Position numbers and translations under genes: made by a program. A stretch of DNA of 64,000 bases from Azolla caroliniana (Eukaryota > Plantae > Polypodiophyta): the NCBI GenBank assembly GCA_043228905.1, contig JBHGNT010000017.1, positions 1,426,001 to 1,490,000 of the forward strand. Direction: 5' to 3'. Under the pieces are notes generated by a model. The model searched no databases. It worked only from the letters and a program-made list of their open reading frames with translations, and had not been told where the DNA came from. This document shows positions 1 to 12,620 of the stretch, piece after piece (positions within the stretch are counted from its first letter, which is position 1; every line of letters starts with the position of its first letter).

Positions 1-1260
1 GAAGGCCTTGTAGTGGGCCATCTTCCAACGAAGAGGAGTTGTGGGGCTGACCCATGTTTTTTCATTATCTAATACAATGACAATTGTTTGGATCACTTTA
101 TTGTTTTCCATGTTGATCATGCCCAAGCGTAGATAATCCATGATATATTAGAACAGAATTAATACATTTCATACCATGTGATCGTAACCATTCTTTCATT
201 TCAGCAAACCAACAATGATCATCTTCATCTTGAATGAATTTCTTGGTTGATATAAGTGCCAATCTTAAATACCTTTGCTTTTGGGGCTCCTTAAACTATG
301 GAATACTAGTCACTTATCTGAATAGTGCATCAGTCACTATTTGGGCTTCTCCGATCTTAGCCTGAATTATATCATGGGGCAGTGATGCTTTGCTCCTTAT
401 TTTGTGGGGAATCATCAAGACTAAAGATCTCCTAAATCTCTCTAGTTTTATGCACTCAAAGGTTCTACTCCCTAGAGAAGACTAGGTGTTACATGGGTAT
501 CAGTCAACCACGAATTTGGTTGTAATTCTTGGAACTGGATTTGTGCACATTGTCTTCGAGGGCACAGTGGGCTACATAGCCACGAGAAAGTTAAGCACAG
601 ACAAACTTCTCATATGGACAATTGAGGCCATGTGAATGTTACCCTAGGCAGGTGTACAATCATGTGTATACCATCTTTTCATCGTCCAATAAGAATTCTG
701 GTTCTGATCTTATTACCCATGCTTGAGTGGTGTAAAACACCACCACTTTTGTTTTATCAACAAATCATCATTTGTATAAAACGACTTTAAAACATTTGAA
801 TGTTTTGTAGTCTTTCCGTAGCATTACAATTGAGCACAATGTCATCAACATTTAGTAATACTGGTATGGCTACCTTTGCCGAACATGTTCTTGAACCACC
901 CATTCTCGCTATTTATTTTGATACTTATCTATGTAAAGACTGAAGAGAGTGGATGGTAGTGGTTATCATTGTTTCAATCCAATAGTGATAGCCACAACCC
1001 CTGGCAACCTATGAGGAGCATGCATTGGTTCTGACACTAATTCATATAATGCATAGATTTCCCTTCTCATGTCTATCAGGACGCCACGGTCCTCTAGTCA
1101 TTGCATAAGCCGAGCATGTGGTACAGTGCCGAAGGCTGTTTTGAAAACTACAAAGTGACAGCACATTCTCTTTTTATGGACTTTTCCTTTATCAATAAGG
1201 GCTCAAAGAGTACCCACCTTCGCATGTTCATGCAAATCTTGAGGTACAAAATAACGAAGC
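1..1260 (-). mobile_element. Degenerate non-LTR (LINE) retrotransposon RT relic
   Basis: Minus-strand translation gives decayed RT motifs: ~1100-1165 'CHFVVFKTAFGTVPHARLMQ' (cf. FVDFRKAFDTVP), ~1000 a QGCPLSP-like segment, ~830-860 'VLLNVDDIVL' (cf. LYADD). Homologous to the 1880-4270 relic. Many stops. Confidence 0.7.
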
Positions 1261-1879
1261 TATATACATGTGTATTAAGAGGCTAAAATGGCCTAGAAGA
1301 TTAAATAAGAGATTACGTTGAAAAATGTTTAAGAATATCAAACCAAAATAAATAGAAGGTAAATATAGTACTGTAAAAAATCCAGTTATCTGAGCACTTA
1401 AGATTCCAAACTTAGATAGACTTATGCTTCTGCCTTTAAAAATTGCCTACAGGGGGCTGCCCCAAGATGGAGAAAACTCTGAAGCAAGGGAAGCAACTTC
1501 AGTGCTAGGTGATAATGGCCTTCATTTGTTGATGATGGGTGGCACCGGATGGTTGTGTCTGATCTATTGTAACCCTTTCTAGCGTCTTGGTCAAATCCTC
1601 ATTTGTGTAGTCCTTGATGAACTTGTACCATTAGGAGTGATGGGAGGTAAAGAAATTCATGATGGATTGTTGCTGATGATCTGCTGTGGTTGTATTGTTA
1701 TCCTTCAACAAACTCTCCTTATTTCTTCATACTCTTTTACCTTGCGTAGTGGGTCGAAGTGTCATCTCTCGCTGTTATTTCCTAAAAAACAGCACAATAG
1801 AAGACATAGTGTTCTTTCCAGTTCAACACCTAATTGCACAATTAGCAGATCTGTTCTTCCATACATTTGCATGCATATC

Positions 1880-4270
1880 TGTCTCTCAATTTTTAACTCA
1901 TGTAAAGAGGCTCTGAGCTGCCCTATCACATTGAAGAGGGCCCTTAAAATAAATCCATCCTGCGACATTTATAAAAAAGAGTGCCTTATAATGGGCCATC
2001 TTTCTTCCAAGAGGTATGGGGCTGATCCAGGTTCTTCGACTATTCAATTTAATGATATTGTCTTGGATCACTCTTTCCGTTTCCACGGTAGTGATGTTCA
2101 GCTGTGGACAATGTTACTTATATTGGAATGGGGTTAGTGTTTTATACTTATGTGTGCAACTGGAACCTTTCTTGCATTTTAGCATTTCAACAATGACTAT
2201 TTCCATGGTCGGCAAGCTGTTTTGGTGACATAAATGTCAGTCTAGAGTACCTTTGCTTGGGAAGGCCCCAAATTATTTGGATATCATTTCAACAATGATC
2301 ATCTCCATTGTCAGCAAGCTGTTTTGGTGACATAAATGCCAGTCTTGAGTACCTTTGCTTGGGAAGCTCCCAAATTATTTGGATACCATGTTCCTTGCTC
2401 ACTGTTGAGGCTTCTCACATCTCTGCCCCAGTTATATCTTCGAGTACCGATGCTTTGGTCCTTATCATGCTGGAAATTTTCAAGACTAAAGGTCTTTCCA
2501 AATCTATCCAATTATATACCACATGAAGGCTCGGTCCCCAAATGCTTACTCGGTAGAGAAGAATTGGTGCTACAAGTGTATTGAACAACCACAATTTAGT
2601 TCGTGGTGCACATTCTCTTTGAAGGGCATCGAGGGCTGTATATCCATGTGAATGTCAAGCACATGCAACCACAAATGCTTACCTAGTAGAGAAGAATTGG
2701 TGCTACAAGTATATTGAACAACCACAATTTAGTTTGTGGTGCACATAATCTTTGAAGGGCATCGAGGGCTGTATATCTTCGGGCACCGATGCTTTGCTCC
2801 TTATCATGCCGGAATTTTTCAAGACTAAAGGTCTTTCCAAATCTATCCCATAGGTTAGGGGAGATAGAGCCACTAAGATTGTTATTATACAGTTCAAGTA
2901 TAACCATCCTAGGCAAGCTCCAGAGGCCTGCTGGGACGGAACCGGAGAGTTGGTTTGTATGGAGCCGAACATGAACCAAGGTGTCACACTGCCCATACCC
3001 ATCTGGTATAACCCTAGAGATTTTTGTTAGAGAAGAAAATTAGCTTCATCAATGCCTTGCCATGGAGGAAGTAAGAGGAAACATCAAACTTGACCATGCT
3101 TCCACCTTGGCCTAATATTGGAGGGATGGTGCCCACCAGTTGGTTCTGGAAGAGCTGGAAGACTTGCATACTCTTGATATTGGCTAGCTCCAATGGTATC
3201 TCACCGGAGAGGCTTTTGTTCCATAGGTTTAAGAGAGTTAAGTTAGTGAGGTTGCCAAGCTCAGTTGGGATGGGTCCTTCTAACTGATTGCATGGCAGAT
3301 CAAGTTCAGTTAGTGTGGTCAAGTTACCAATGGTGGTAGGGATAGTGCCCAAGAACTTGTTGAAATAGAGCTCGAGTCTTTGTACCACAATTTAGTTCGT
3401 GGTGCATATTCTCTTTGAAGGGCATCGAGGGCTGTATATCCATGCGAATGTCAAGCACAGGCAAACTCCTGTAGGGAGAACTGAGCCCCTATGACTGTTA
3501 CTCCTAGATATGTGTAGTATTGTATGCATGCCACCTTTTCCTCTCCCAAGAAGAATTCCGGTTCTGATCTTGTTGCCCATGCTTGGATGACGTTAAACAC
3601 CATCACTTTAGTTTTATCAAGGATTTACAAATCTTTATCATAAAAATGATGTTCAGTTATAAAGTAATAGTAATATGGCTACCCTTCCTAAGCATACTCT
3701 CGAATCCAATAATCTCTCTATGTAATTAAATTAGATATCTCATCTGTATAAAGACCAAAGAGAGTGGATGATAATGGGTAATTCTTATTTTATTCCAATT
3801 GTCTTCGCCTTGACCCCCCAACAGTTGAATTGGAATACACTCTTTTCTTGATTTTGATTCATATAGTGCACCCATCACGTATCTATTTGTAGAGCATCTG
3901 ATATGATGGTGAAGGCATTCCAGGAACCACAAAGCAATAATAGATTCTCCTTTATGAAATGTCCCTCTTGAATAAGGGCTTGGAGGGTCAGTATGTGATC
4001 AGACGTTCTGAACCCCTTTTTGGGAATCGGCCTGTCCATCTCAATGGCAGGTATCTCTTTGCGCATACACTCAATTATGCTTTAGGAGCCAAGTAATGGC
4101 CACATTGATAGTCATATAATTGGTACAATACAACCTTCTGTCCCTCTACTAGGGAAGCCTTCACACATAGCTCTAATGCAAGTGAGAGCAAGATGTCACG
4201 GGCATAGATAAATGCTCACCTACCAATCCATCATTATCTCGAACTTTTCGAATGTGAACGTGAACCATGT
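1880..4270 (-). mobile_element. Second degenerate LINE RT relic, internally rearranged
   Basis: ORF 3875-4066(-) 'GFRTSDHILTLQALIQEG' matches the LINE RT 'GFR..STIDHILTL' region. Sequence is collinear with the 1-1260 relic and contains duplicated blocks plus an LRR insert. Confidence 0.65.
2852..3388 (-). pseudogene. Captured LRR receptor-like kinase ectodomain fragment
   Basis: Plant-specific LRRs (LxxLxLxxNxLxGxIP): 'TIGNLTTLTELDLPCNQLEGPIPTELGNLTNLTLLNLWNKSLSGEIP' and 'VRLHTNQLSGSVPAGLWSLPRMVILELYNNNLSGSISP'. It has a stop and a frameshift, no signal peptide or kinase, and LINE sequence on both sides. Confidence 0.85.
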
Positions 4271-5209
4271 GGGTGGGGAGGGGACAGAATGTCATAAGTA
4301 CCTTTCATATTCAGGCCAAGCTGAGGTTACATCAGTTGTGTGCTAGGTTGAAAAATGCATATCTCCTAAGTAACTCCTTTTCCTCAACCATCAAAATACT
4401 TGTTAGTCAATCTTTCTAGGTATATTTTACTATGAATTGCTATTGTTATATGTAGAGAAATATATAAACTGAAAATTTGTCTTTTAGTGTCCCAATCAAA
4501 TCCCCACAAGTCGATCTTTACCATGTTCTTGAATATGAACTAATTTCATATATATACATTTCATGAAAAAAATTATAGTTGTGTAGAAACAAAGAAAGAT
4601 ATATCAACATGTCTTAAGAAATCAAGACGACCAATGAGACTGAACAATACATCTTAAAATGCCATCTCTTTATTAGACAAAATGAAGTAAATATTACTAA
4701 ATTAGGAAAACTGTGTATGATACCATATATACTTGTTATTTGTGCATGGATTAGCTTAGATGAACTGAAACCTTACCTTCTAAAGTTCTCCAACATGGGC
4801 TGATCCACGGTGCAGCACATTTTCACACAGACCTTTTCGATTTCTGATTTTCATACTTAGCCAGTGTCACTATACTTTTACGTTGTTATTGATCTACAAC
4901 TACCGCTCTCTTATATATAAATGACTGAGAGAAATCTAATTTTATTTAGAGTAACGTGTATGTTTTCAGTAGTAGGTTAGGACAGTTTTTGGAATGCCTA
5001 CTTTAAGTTATAGATAGTAAAAATATGCTATAGCACTGGTTATTAGTATATACATTAAGTGAAAAGAAAAATAGTTTTTGGGGAATTAAGGTTTGTGTAA
5101 AGGAAAATAAGATTTAGAGTGCCCGTTTTTTGATAATCTGTAAAAAATACATTGTACTCCCAGTTTCTGTAAAGCCATCATGACATGTGATCTTTGCTCC
5201 TGTGAGCAG

Positions 5210-8200
5210 CTGCTTGTTCTTGGTGGCAATGGATTTGTGGGGAGCCACATTTGCAAAGAAGCTCTGGTGCACGGAATTCCTGTGATGAGTCTCAGCAGGT
5301 GAATTGGAGTAATAAAAATTCATTTTTATTATGCAGAAAATGTATGAAGCTAAAAATTCGCAGGCTATATGCACTTATTCTTCATTCTTCAACCTTTTGT
5401 TTCGTTTTGTTGTGAAGATCTGGACGACCGAACCTGTATGAGAGCTGGGTTTCCAATGTTACTTGGGTTGAAGGTTAGTACATCTGTAATAGTTAACTGT
5501 TTGGAAAACTGAAATTGCGCTATTGCAAATGTGATCATATGTCTGTGATGAATAATGTATTAAGAATTTAGTAAATTTATTATTTGGAATTTTACATCAT
5601 TGCAGCTGGCTGCTGTAACGGTGCAAGCTGTATTTAGAGTGAATGAGATATGAGGAATGTATGAATTCATTGTTAATGGTGGGATATCTTTTACTGTCTG
5701 GAACTTTGAAATTTGCACTGTTGCAAGTATAATCGTGTTCTGAAGAGGGCTATGAATTAACGATGATCTATAATCATGCAATATAATTCCTAGTGATCAA
5801 TGCCTTGTACACTAGGCGTTAGCGGGGGAGTTAAGATATCCATGTGTAGCCATGTTGACCTAGTTTAGTAGTTCAATTACAACGTATGCAATGCAAGGTC
5901 ACGTGGAATGATACCTGTTCATACTGATGTCTTCAGAATTAGTGGCCTCATGGAAAAGCAGTAGCACAGTTCTCATCTGTGGAGGTTACACATGAAGACT
6001 ATGCAGAACTGCATGTAGAATGAGGTCCCTGTTATGACAGTGTCACGATAGAGTGCTTTAAAAATGTTAATTGTATAACAATTTCTGCATATGTAGCATA
6101 TTTGTTAACAATGTTAATTTTTTTATGTTCAGGAAACTTGTTTGATCCCAACAAATGGAAGGATACCTTGGAGGAGGCATCTGCAGTGGTATGACTAGGT
6201 CCTACCACTATCAACAAACACCCCATGTGTCAATTCTCACTGAAGCTTTAATTCTATTAATTGATTCATAGCAGAATTTAACTTTTCTTTTGGCAGGCAG
6301 ATTTCTTGTGTTGGTGGTTTTGGATCGAATGATGCAATGCGCAAAGTGAACGGGGATGCAAATATCAAAGCCATTAATGCAGCCCATGCCTCAGGTAGAT
6401 TCCTCTTGCATTTTCAAGCAGTAGATTCGTATGCTACCTCTTTTGTGATGAGTATCAGAGGAGCTTATATATCAACCTTGTGTCCAGCCTTTTTCAAATA
6501 ACTTTGATATTGATGTATTGACTAAGATTTTCTTTATTGTAAATTCAAAGGCATTTTTGACGTGTTTCTATTGCTCATCTTGTGATTCTTTTACAGGGGT
6601 GAAGCGGTTTGTTTATGTATCTGCAATGGACTTCGGTTTCCCCTCTTTTTTTCTGCGTGGCTATTATGAGGGCAAGGTTAGCTATTACGTGATTAAACTT
6701 CTCTCACTGCTCCCAACACACCATTTTAGGTTTGCTCATGCATGATTGAAACAGAGTAAACCTTTTTGCCTATTGAATGCTTTTTACGCTATTTGTTTTG
6801 CATGCCAAACATTTTCATTGTAATATTTGATAGTTTCTTGTGTTAAATGTAATTATGCTTAATTAAGCAAAACACGTTATTCTTTTCTTCATGCTGGAGT
6901 GCTCAAACAAATTAGAGAAAATATGCTAAGGATAGATGCCAAAGATGAGCCCATATATCTCATGGTTGATTCCGCTACTGCTTAGGAAAACTATTTTAGA
7001 TGTTCTCTCTCATCAGGTCTTGCAAACCATTTTAGCCTCTTATGATATGATAATTCACATATCTTTCTTTCTCTTTGATTTTTGGAGCTGAATGGGAGAG
7101 CAGTAGGCTGGGCGACCTAAATGTAGGCCATCTCTTCCACCAGGACTATTAGGGAGATTCATGTGAATTGTCAAATAGCTGTTGTGGAAGATACCATAAG
7201 TTCATGGAAGAGAGACCAAACAATGTTAGTGTGGCATAACCTTGTTAAGAATATCCACACTTATTATTCTGGTATAACATAGGTTAAGTTGGATTGCTAT
7301 ATAAACAGTTATAGGCCAAATGTCTATATTTGTATAGCATAGACACCATTTGTGGACTTTTAGCTCGTTAGTGGGGTTTGTGTTTCAGGTGTTTAAAGAA
7401 TACCCCAATTGAATCTTTTGCACCATATGATTGGCTTTGGTTAATTTGTGGAATTATACCCCAAAAATGATCTTCACTCAAGTTTGTTTTCGTGACTGAG
7501 ATCATAGAATTTATGTAAATAAATTACGTTCTTACTAGATTTGATTTTCATTGTTCATATTATTATATCAGAAAGCTGCCGAAGAAGCATTGCAAGCAAA
7601 GTTTCCATATGGAGGTGAGCCTTCAAATCCTTGACATATTCTACTGATGGTCCATTTTGAGATATCACTGATTATTTTAGATGGCTTGCGTGCATGAATA
7701 TTAACAGATTAAATAATTTATACAACAAATGTCTATAGAAACTAACTTTTCTAGGTTGTGGAAATATAGGTCCAAATTAAATAATTTATACAACACATTG
7801 CAACCTACGGATGGTTGAAAGGGAATTTGAAAATCTGTTTTCTAAGAGAAGTCTCATAAACGTGACCTTAAAACGACAATGATGAATGTTTTCTTAATGA
7901 ATCCAAACCCTAAACCTCTCTAAAAAATTGTTTGTTATGTACTTTATGGATGTAAAGTCTTGTATAAATATGTAATTTATTCTTCTTTAATTCTCCACTT
8001 TTAGGTGTGATCTTGAGACCTGGCTTCATACATGGGACACGCCATGTAGGAAATCTGAAGGTTCCGCTTAGTATTATCGGAAGCCCCCTTGAAATGGTAC
8101 TCTCATATGATGGTGTTTTGCTTCATTTTTAAACTATTTCTGGACTGTTGTCCAAAATTGTTTAAACACTGACTGTTTTTTGTTCAGGTACTAAAACATG

Positions 8201-8358
8201 CCAAAGGCGCTTCTCAAATCCCTATAGTTGGACCTCTCTTTGTACCACCTGTGAATGTTAAAGCAGTTGCTAAAGCTGCAGTGAGAGCTGCAACTGACAA
8301 TGCAGTGCCTCCTGGTGTGCTTGATGTTTGGGGTATTAATCGGCTTGGGGATAGGTGA
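5210..8358 (+). CDS. NAD(P)-binding Rossmann-fold (atypical SDR) protein, At5g10730/At5g15910-like; 5' exon not located
   Basis: GT-AG exons 5210-5298 (LLVLGGNGFVGSHICKEAL, GxxGxxG), 5418-5473, 6133-6188, 6301-6394 (ISCVGGFGSN), 6597-6676 (GVKRFVYVSA..RGYYEGK), 7572-7614, 8005-8096 (GVILRPGFIHG) and 8188-8358 (PPVNVKAVAKAAV..TGA). The exons splice in frame. Confidence 0.9.
6900..7320 (-). mobile_element. Short LINE relic inside an intron of the Rossmann gene
   Basis: ~7120 'gtaggccatctcttccaccagg' resembles 1991 'atgggccatctttcttccaagagg' and 12 'agtgggccatcttccaacg' in the other relics. Boundaries are approximate. Confidence 0.4.
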
Positions 8359-9062
8359 TTGGCCCGTCGTTCAATATTGTTTTGATTAGGAAACATAAAA
8401 AATCATATGATCTTCAGCTACAGAAAAGAAGTTAATAAAATTTAGAATGACATCGACATGTTCTTTCAAATAAAATTTTAATAATTTATTTCTCTATATT
8501 GATGGCCTAAATGTGTTTCTGTAAACCATTAATTTCTGTAAATTAGCATGAATGACACTTAGCTGTGTCTTAAGGATTATTAATACCTCGTTTCATTAAG
8601 CTGCTTTCTAAAAGTCGCATTATTGTTTTTTATGGTAATGAATATGAATGGTGGTACGTGATCGCTCTATGCAATAACCAAGATGTTTATGACAGAAATA
8701 TCTTCATGCTAGCCATTCCGGCTGGGTTCTTAGTAGCTCGTTGGCTATATTTGCATCCTAAATGGAAACTGGGTCTTTCTCTTGGGTTTAAAAATGTGGA
8801 ATCTCGCCCACGCCAGTATGTTTGTATTCTTTTCAGGGTGAGTACCCTATAGCGTGGGAAGTTCATTTGATTGATGTAGCTGTTCTAGAATCTTTGTGTG
8901 TAGTCGTTAGGTGGGATACGATCTGTACTGTTAGTATGTAGCCTCAAGTCTTGGGCTTATTCTTCTTAGGCCTGTTGAGTGGCTCGCACAATACCCTAGC
9001 TCCAGATGTTCGATAGTGCTGAAGGAACAAGCATGGCTATCTCAACTTTCCTAGGTGTTCGG

Positions 9063-9172
9063 ATAGCTTATTCCTGTACACTTTAGGTCTTTATGTCCAT
9101 AACAATCTAATTGAACTAGAAAATAGCTTATTCCTCGACACTATAGGTCTTTATGTTCGTAACAATGTAATT
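9063..9172. repeat. Two-copy tandem repeat, 60-bp period
   Basis: 'atagcttattcct..acact.taggtctttatgt...taacaat.taatt' at 9063 and 9123. Confidence 0.8.
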
Positions 9173-9524
9173 CCACCTTGCTCAGTGTGAACTCATTCTT
9201 AGCACCACATAAAGGTGACTAGGCCTTTTTAATAATTGGAAGATGCCCAAATGAGCCAAGTTGATATGTTAACTGCATAAATTTATGTTCCAGAATGATT
9301 AATCATGATTGGAAACATCAAAACTATAAGACAAGGGAAAGCAATTTGGTTTGTCAACATGCACATTGCCAAATTGTGTCTTTTTGACAGATTACTCTTA
9401 TCTCCACATGATTGTTTGAATTACAAGAGTGACATGATAGTAGTTCATTTGAAACACAAGCTGGTTGTAAGCCACATTTGGAGAGTAACGAAGCAAAGGT
9501 ATTCATGTAGTCGACTATATTTTA

Positions 9525-11902
9525 TCAATTTGTTGTACTTTCAATGTCCACATTAGCAAGGAGTTCTTTCAATCGCTCGGGGATAGGGCTACTTAAAAAT
9601 TTATGGTTAGCAGGATTTTGTGCAAAGAAAACGTAATGAGTCATTACTGAAGCGTGTGTTGAAGCCATCATAAGACGAACCTACAAGAGCAGGAAAGCAA
9701 GTGATTACCATATGTGGTAGTTTTGAAAATAAAGAAAAACGAAAAGGTGAAAAAATGTGATGGAACGGTGTGTGATTTAATTCATTTAGTAGGATTATGC
9801 AAAAACAAATTAGGGTTTACTCACCAAGAAGTAGCCAATGAAGAAGGACACAATGGAAAGTGACGAAGATGGAGTTTGATGGGTTCCAAATGTCGATCCA
9901 CAGCTAGTCAACATACTTATCATGCCTCCACATATGCCACTCAGCACACAAAAAGAGCTAGTCAAGTCGGTTGACAAAATAGCATCTAACTGCTTGGCAG
10001 AAAATAAGTCGGATGTTTCCTTGGCGGCTTTGAGAAAGGGTTTGTGATGGATGCCAACCTAGCAACAATTAACACGATCATTATTGTAAGGACAACGATA
10101 TTATGTGCAATTTTCAAATATTTCTCATTAACAATATGAACAAACTTTTCCCATCTCTCTTGTAAACTATACAACATATTACCTGTATATATGCCCAACA
10201 GTTGGCATGCTTTGAAAGCTTGTGTATGGCTTCATAGAAGCAATGAGCACCCAAGAAGACCATCTCATTGTTCACATGGATTCGATTTAGTGCTCCAGCC
10301 TATGACATCCGAATGGCACGAATACCTTTGGGTTAAAATTTGCAATGAAGGATTTTTCAAAAGCTTACCATGGACATTAAATTAAGGTTAAGAACACACG
10401 TGAAAGCTACATTTGCTAACAACTAGAATTTGATTAAAACATACCATAACCTTAAGAAAGTGGACCAAGGGCACGACGAATGAGCCAAAAGAGATGCTCC
10501 CTAGAGTCGAGTAGAGAGAGGGTTGAGGAATCGTAACTTTGTTTTTGTTATTGTTGTTGTCGTCATCAACGGATGGATCGTTATAAATGGTTGCAATGCT
10601 ATGGGCAGTGCCTACGACCACAACATTCCTCAATGTCCCCAATGTCCATGCCATACTTATCAACAATGCCATGATAACCAAGGGGAAGAGTGAGCCAATG
10701 CTCATCACGCTAACGATTCCCAAGCACCAAAAGAGTTGCCATGTGGCAGCTATCAATAGGAACCAGACGGACACAATGATGGTGGTGCCCCGGCCCTTGT
10801 GTGACGCGGAGTTGAGAGAGCAATAGAGCAAGTCTCCGGCGAACTTAAGTTCGCTTTTCCGATTGACCGCAGCGCGGAAGGCGTAGATGGATTGGGCGAG
10901 TGCAAACACTAGGGACACTATGCCAAGCCACAACAACAATGAAGAGGTGTGCTTGGTACTAATATCTCCTCCTCTTCTTTTAGAAGGGGGGACACTGGCC
11001 ATGATGATGAGGAAGAGGGAAGCCGCAAAGGTAAGCATGGAGCTTATCCAGGCAATGGAGTGTGCCATTCTGCTTGGGAAATGGCGGAAGAGTGTCTGGA
11101 ATATGATGCCACAAATGACTCCGGACAGTACCGATGACCCAAGCTCAGGGTAGTATGGGAGGAGAAGACTCTGGGGGACATTGTCTGTTGCGTTCCGGTA
11201 CTTCATGTGTCGCAAGCTAAGGAAGAGGATCAAGCCTGATACAACCAGGAGGTGGAGGACAAAGAGGATGAGGAAAGGTAGGTCATTAATGGTGACCTGC
11301 TCATGTGAAGCTTTCCCTGGCAATGGGGTCTCGGCATTCCTACCGGTGTCTTCGGGAGCCACTTTGTTCATCATCTTTTGGTAGTTGTTAATCTTCGGCG
11401 GCAAGTTTACGTTCGTAGTATGGAGGCCTTCGTCCGGCACTGCATGAACCTCAGCATGATGATCCCCACATCTCCACATGTCATTAGGTTCTTGAATGAT
11501 GTGATGGCCCTCATCATCATTGTCATGATTTATACAGTAATTCAGGTAATGGCTGCCTTCCATGCTAGCATTATCTAGGGTGTAGAAGTGTGACCTTCTG
11601 CTACTCCACTCTCCTAGGCTGCTTAGTATATTGAACAGTTGCGATACTCTTCTGCTGCCACTCGATTCGCCTCCGCTGACCATCGAGGAAGAAGTATTGT
11701 TCATGTGATTGACATTATAAATAAAGCGCGATGATGGTCTAGTCATATCGCTGCTGCATCGGAATGATGGCCCCGCACTCACATTGTAATTGTGGTTGTG
11801 GCTGTCTCCGTAGTCCCGGAAGAATGAAGAGCTGCCAGTATTATGTGGTTGGTTGGGATTAATGTTGTCCCAGAAGCTCCAGAGCTCGCCAGATTCCTGC
11901 AT
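9525..11902 (-). CDS. Plasma-membrane choline transporter-like (CTL/PNS1 family) protein with long disordered N-terminus
   Basis: Exons 11902-10451 (ATG MQESGEL..., multiple TM helices, ..LGSISFGSFVVPLVHFLK), 10299-10183 (NEMVFLGAHCFY..ANCWAYIQ), 10058-9825 (VGIHHKPFLKAAKETSDLF..STDLTSSFCVLSG..FFIGYFL) and 9680-9525 (..HYVFFAQNP..TGA). All phase-0 GT-AG, matching the CTL family C-terminal motifs. Confidence 0.88.
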
Positions 11903-12200
11903 AAATTGCACAACAGGAAGAGAGCAGGCGGGCAACAGAAAAGGCGAGTTAGAAAAGCAAAACAGTAGAGAACAAGAAAGGGGGAGGCAGCACTACCAAT
12001 CCAAAACAAAAACAAAAAATGGTTACAAGAAAAGAAAGAGATACGAATGAAAAGAAAGAGGAGATATTTGAAAGGGAAAGTTTGAGGTAGAGGAGAAGAG
12101 ATAGTTTACTATGTTTCCCATGGCGAAACGTGTGATTGCAGGCTTTTGCTTTTCTGCAAGTGCAGAGGGAAAGAAAGAGCGATGGTGGCGATGGTGGTAA

Positions 12201-12247
12201 CCTTGACCACTATATATAAGTCTATATAACTGGTCAAGGCTTTACAG

Positions 12248-12298
<51 letters not shown>

Positions 12299-12620
12299 TG
12301 TGTCAGTGAGTCGGTCAGACAGACAGTCAGTTAGGACTCATGTGGGCCAGTCAAAGGGGGTGGTCATGGTTGGTCAAGATTTTGGAAACTCTAAAAAGGC
12401 TTAGAAACGAACCAGGGCTAACGAACTATAGGTAAGCCCAAACTGAACGAACTAGGTAGGCCTAACTAACTACCTGACCAGTTCATAAAACTCAGAGAAC
12501 TGACCCTGTGAGTAACTAGAAGTAGGACACGACTAGTAGTAGTATGTAGTAAAAAAAAAGAGAGTGGGGCTTCATTGACTGCTATTCCGTTTCTGCACAT
12601 TACTTAACTTTAACTTGACT
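12201..12620 (-). promoter_or_regulatory. Putative CTL/PNS1 promoter: TATA-like core flanked by inverted W-boxes, W-box cluster
   Basis: ccttgacca-ctatatataagtctatataac-tggtcaagg at 12201-12239. TTGACY (either strand) at 12203, 12232, 12349, 12372, 12575 and 12615. Confidence 0.5.
12251..12295. repeat. (GA)n microsatellite
   Basis: About 22 uninterrupted AG units. Confidence 0.95.

Noticed and set aside
540-590. Kinase subdomain VIII 'GTVGYIA' on + strand
   Set aside because: Coincidental: the region is collinear with the antisense LINE relic and no other kinase motifs are present.
10388-11935. 515-aa ORF as a complete single-exon protein
   Set aside because: It starts at CTG and runs into an intron. 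The supported model uses ATG 11902 and three more exons.
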